A stretch of DNA of 33,554 nucleotides from Vulcanimicrobiota bacterium (GTDB lineage: Bacteria; Vulcanimicrobiota; Vulcanimicrobiia; Vulcanimicrobiales; Vulcanimicrobiaceae). The notes beneath the pieces are model-generated. The model had not been told where the DNA came from. It worked only from the letters and a program-made list of their open reading frames with translations, and did no database searches. Shown here in pieces: positions 32,347 to 33,554 of this stretch. The position numbers were made by a program, and so were the translations under genes. How positions within the stretch are numbered: the first letter of the stretch is position 1; every line of letters begins with the position of its first letter. The stretch covers positions 1 to 33,554 of the forward strand of contig JAFAIW010000140.1 in NCBI GenBank assembly GCA_019236495.1, read 5' to 3'.

Positions 32347-33342
32347 ATCTCGTTCTTCGGCGTAAACGGCTTCGGCGCTCAACAGGTCCAGGCCACCCCG
32401 CAGATCTTCCAAAGCCTCTCGCTGGGCGGCGCCGTTCCGGTTCCGCCGTCCAATGCCTACGGCAATCCGAACACCCAGCTCGTGCCGGTCAGCACCGCTG
32501 GCGGCGCTCCACTCAATTTGACGTTGCGCGCCTTGCCGACGCAGAACGCCATCGCACAGCTCCGCACCGCGGCCTCGCTGGTCGGCGTCTCCAACGGCAC
32601 CTCGCCGTTACTTCCGGCCGTGCCCCCGCCCTCGACCGGAACCACTCCCGGAACGCAGAGCGGCAACGCGATCGTCGCCAACGCCGAAGCCGTGAGCGGT
32701 CCGCCGGGGAATCCTGGGCAGGTTCCGGCGGCAGCCGTCACCGCGCCCGTCGCGGCCGTCGCCTTTGCGGCGGTGCCCGACGGTCTGTCGTATACCACTG
32801 CTTTCGTGGGAGCGGTTTTGCCGAATCTCGCGGTTGTCGCCGGCACGCCGACCGGGGGCGCACCCGCACCGACGCAATTCGGACAAGTGACGTTCACGCT
32901 CACGAGCCCGCCTGCCACGGTCACCTCAGCGCAGCAGCTCGCGCAGAATGTCGGCACCGGAACGATCAGCACCGCGCCGCAGAGCAGTCCCGCCTCGACG
33001 CCCACGCTCAATGTTTCGCCGTACCTCTATACGCTCGCGAATTTCAATAAGCCGGGCGATCCGCCGCCCGGAAGCCCGCCGCCGACGCCACCCGTGACGA
33101 ATTCAACCTCCGACGCATCGCAGCAATCCCAAGGTTCGACCGCGACGCAAACCACGCAAGCGGCGCAAACCCCGCCCGCTCCCGCCGCGGCCGCGACGGT
33201 CGGCGCACCGAGCGCGCCGGCAGCGCCGCCGCAACCCGCTCCCACCGCGTCGCCGAGTCGCGTCGCACAATACGTCAGCGCCGTGCAAAACGTTTTGATC
33301 TCGCTGATCTATCCCGCGCCAATCTTCTCGTTTTCCGTTTAA
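32347..33342 (+). CDS. Orphan Pro/Ala/Thr/Ser/Gln-rich low-complexity protein, function unknown
   Basis: The track ORF starts at GTG 32482. GC3-biased coding signal continues upstream to the in-frame TGA at 32338..32340 (TAISFFGVNGFGAQQVQATPQIFQSLSLGG...). ATC 32347 lies 9 nt after AGGTAGG. Very few charged residues. Hydrophobic C-terminus ...VLISLIYPAPIFSFSV. Confidence 0.6.
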   Translation: MSFFGVNGFGAQQVQATPQIFQSLSLGGAVPVPPSNAYGNPNTQLVPVSTAGGAPLNLTLRALPTQNAIAQLRTAASLVGVSNGTSPLLPAVPPPSTGTTPGTQSGNAIVANAEAVSGPPGNPGQVPAAAVTAPVAAVAFAAVPDGLSYTTAFVGAVLPNLAVVAGTPTGGAPAPTQFGQVTFTLTSPPATVTSAQQLAQNVGTGTISTAPQSSPASTPTLNVSPYLYTLANFNKPGDPPPGSPPPTPPVTNSTSDASQQSQGSTATQTTQAAQTPPAPAAAATVGAPSAPAAPPQPAPTASPSRVAQYVSAVQNVLISLIYPAPIFSFSV

Positions 33343-33347
33343 AAGGC

Positions 33348-33366
33348 GCTCCGGCCTAGCCGGAGC
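33348..33366 (+). terminator. Stem-loop after the orphan gene (GCTCCGGC-cta-GCCGGAGC followed by TTGT)
   Basis: Perfect 8-bp GC-rich stem 6 nt after the TAA stop. The weak T-tract makes intrinsic-terminator function uncertain. It is also the left edge of a REP-like module. Confidence 0.35.
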
Positions 33367-33388
33367 TTGTCCTGAGCGTAGTCGAAGG

Positions 33389-33428
33389 GCGCCCCCCACT
33401 GCGTGGGGCCCCCCTTTCGCGTGGCGCC
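33389..33428 (+). repeat. GC-rich palindromic REP-like repeat, copy 1 (40 nt)
   Basis: GCGCCCCCCACTGCGTGGGGCCCCCCTTTCGCGTGGCGCC. Contains the CCCCAC-TGC-GTGGGG hairpin. Preceded by a CCTGAGCGTAGTCGAAGG module. Confidence 0.8.
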
Positions 33429-33515
33429 GACACCTGGTTGGTCCGCAAAACTCTCCCCGAGGGGCGCTGAAATATTTGTGTCACCCTGAGGTGCGAGCGC
33501 GAAGCGCTAGCCTCC

Positions 33516-33554
33516 GCGCCCCCCACTGCGTGGGGCCCCCTTTCGCGTGGCGCC
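33516..33554 (+). repeat. GC-rich palindromic REP-like repeat, copy 2 (39 nt, one C shorter), ends with the window
   Basis: Identical to copy 1 except for a 1-nt difference in the second C-run. Preceded by a related CCTGAGGTGCGAGCGCGAAGCGCTAGCCTCC module. Confidence 0.8.

Noticed and set aside
32337-33050. GTG-initiated 237-aa ORF right after the AGGTAGG motif
   Set aside because: The product is Arg-rich shadow-frame sequence. G/C third-position bias favours the +1 frame (the P/A/T-rich protein). GTG overlaps the SD-like motif with no spacer.
33389-33554. Possible start of a CRISPR array (two near-identical ~40-nt repeats)
   Set aside because: There are only two copies. The 87-nt spacing is far longer than CRISPR spacers. 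Each copy is preceded by a related REP-like module, so the real unit is larger. No cas genes lie nearby. I cannot exclude continuation beyond the window.

Overview
GC-rich bacterial chromosomal window, densely packed with about 29 protein genes and almost entirely housekeeping or metabolic. I found no rRNA, tRNA, CRISPR array, transposase, integrase or phage genes. Gene order: tricorn protease (partial), uppS, secreted GH125 mannosidase, a meaB / Cys-Met PLP enzyme / acyl-CoA mutase large subunit / 47-codon ORF / B12-binding small subunit cluster, gltX, glmU, a group II PLP decarboxylase coupled to a TPR-ATP-grasp protein, a GGDEF cyclase, a DUF2214-like membrane protein, thyX, an M48 protease, the prs-L25-pth operon plus a degenerate amino-acid-kinase-fold gene, uvrB, cytoplasmic GH38 mannosidase with a HAD hydrolase, a membrane protein, uvrA, a VOC protein, ligA, an orphan Pro/Ala/Thr-rich protein, and REP-like repeats at the window end. 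Many long Arg-rich ORFs in the track are shadow frames of these genes. Several track ORFs (meaB, uvrB, GH38, prs, gltX) are N-terminally over-extended. Points worth a second look: (1) pth, ligA and the orphan gene all have functionally required or clearly coding N-terminal sequence upstream of the first ATG/GTG/TTG, so they need ATC/ATA-type initiation unless there are assembly indels. (2) The mutase carries the Phe/Gln pair typical of isobutyryl-CoA mutase rather than the Tyr/Arg pair of methylmalonyl-CoA mutase. (3) The TPR-ATP-grasp plus decarboxylase pair has no known function. (4) The amino-acid-kinase-fold gene after pth has lost its catalytic motifs. (5) The orphan low-complexity protein sits next to terminal palindromic repeats. 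I see no recognisable defence or mobile system. All calls come from reading the sequence and recalling family motifs; no searches were run.
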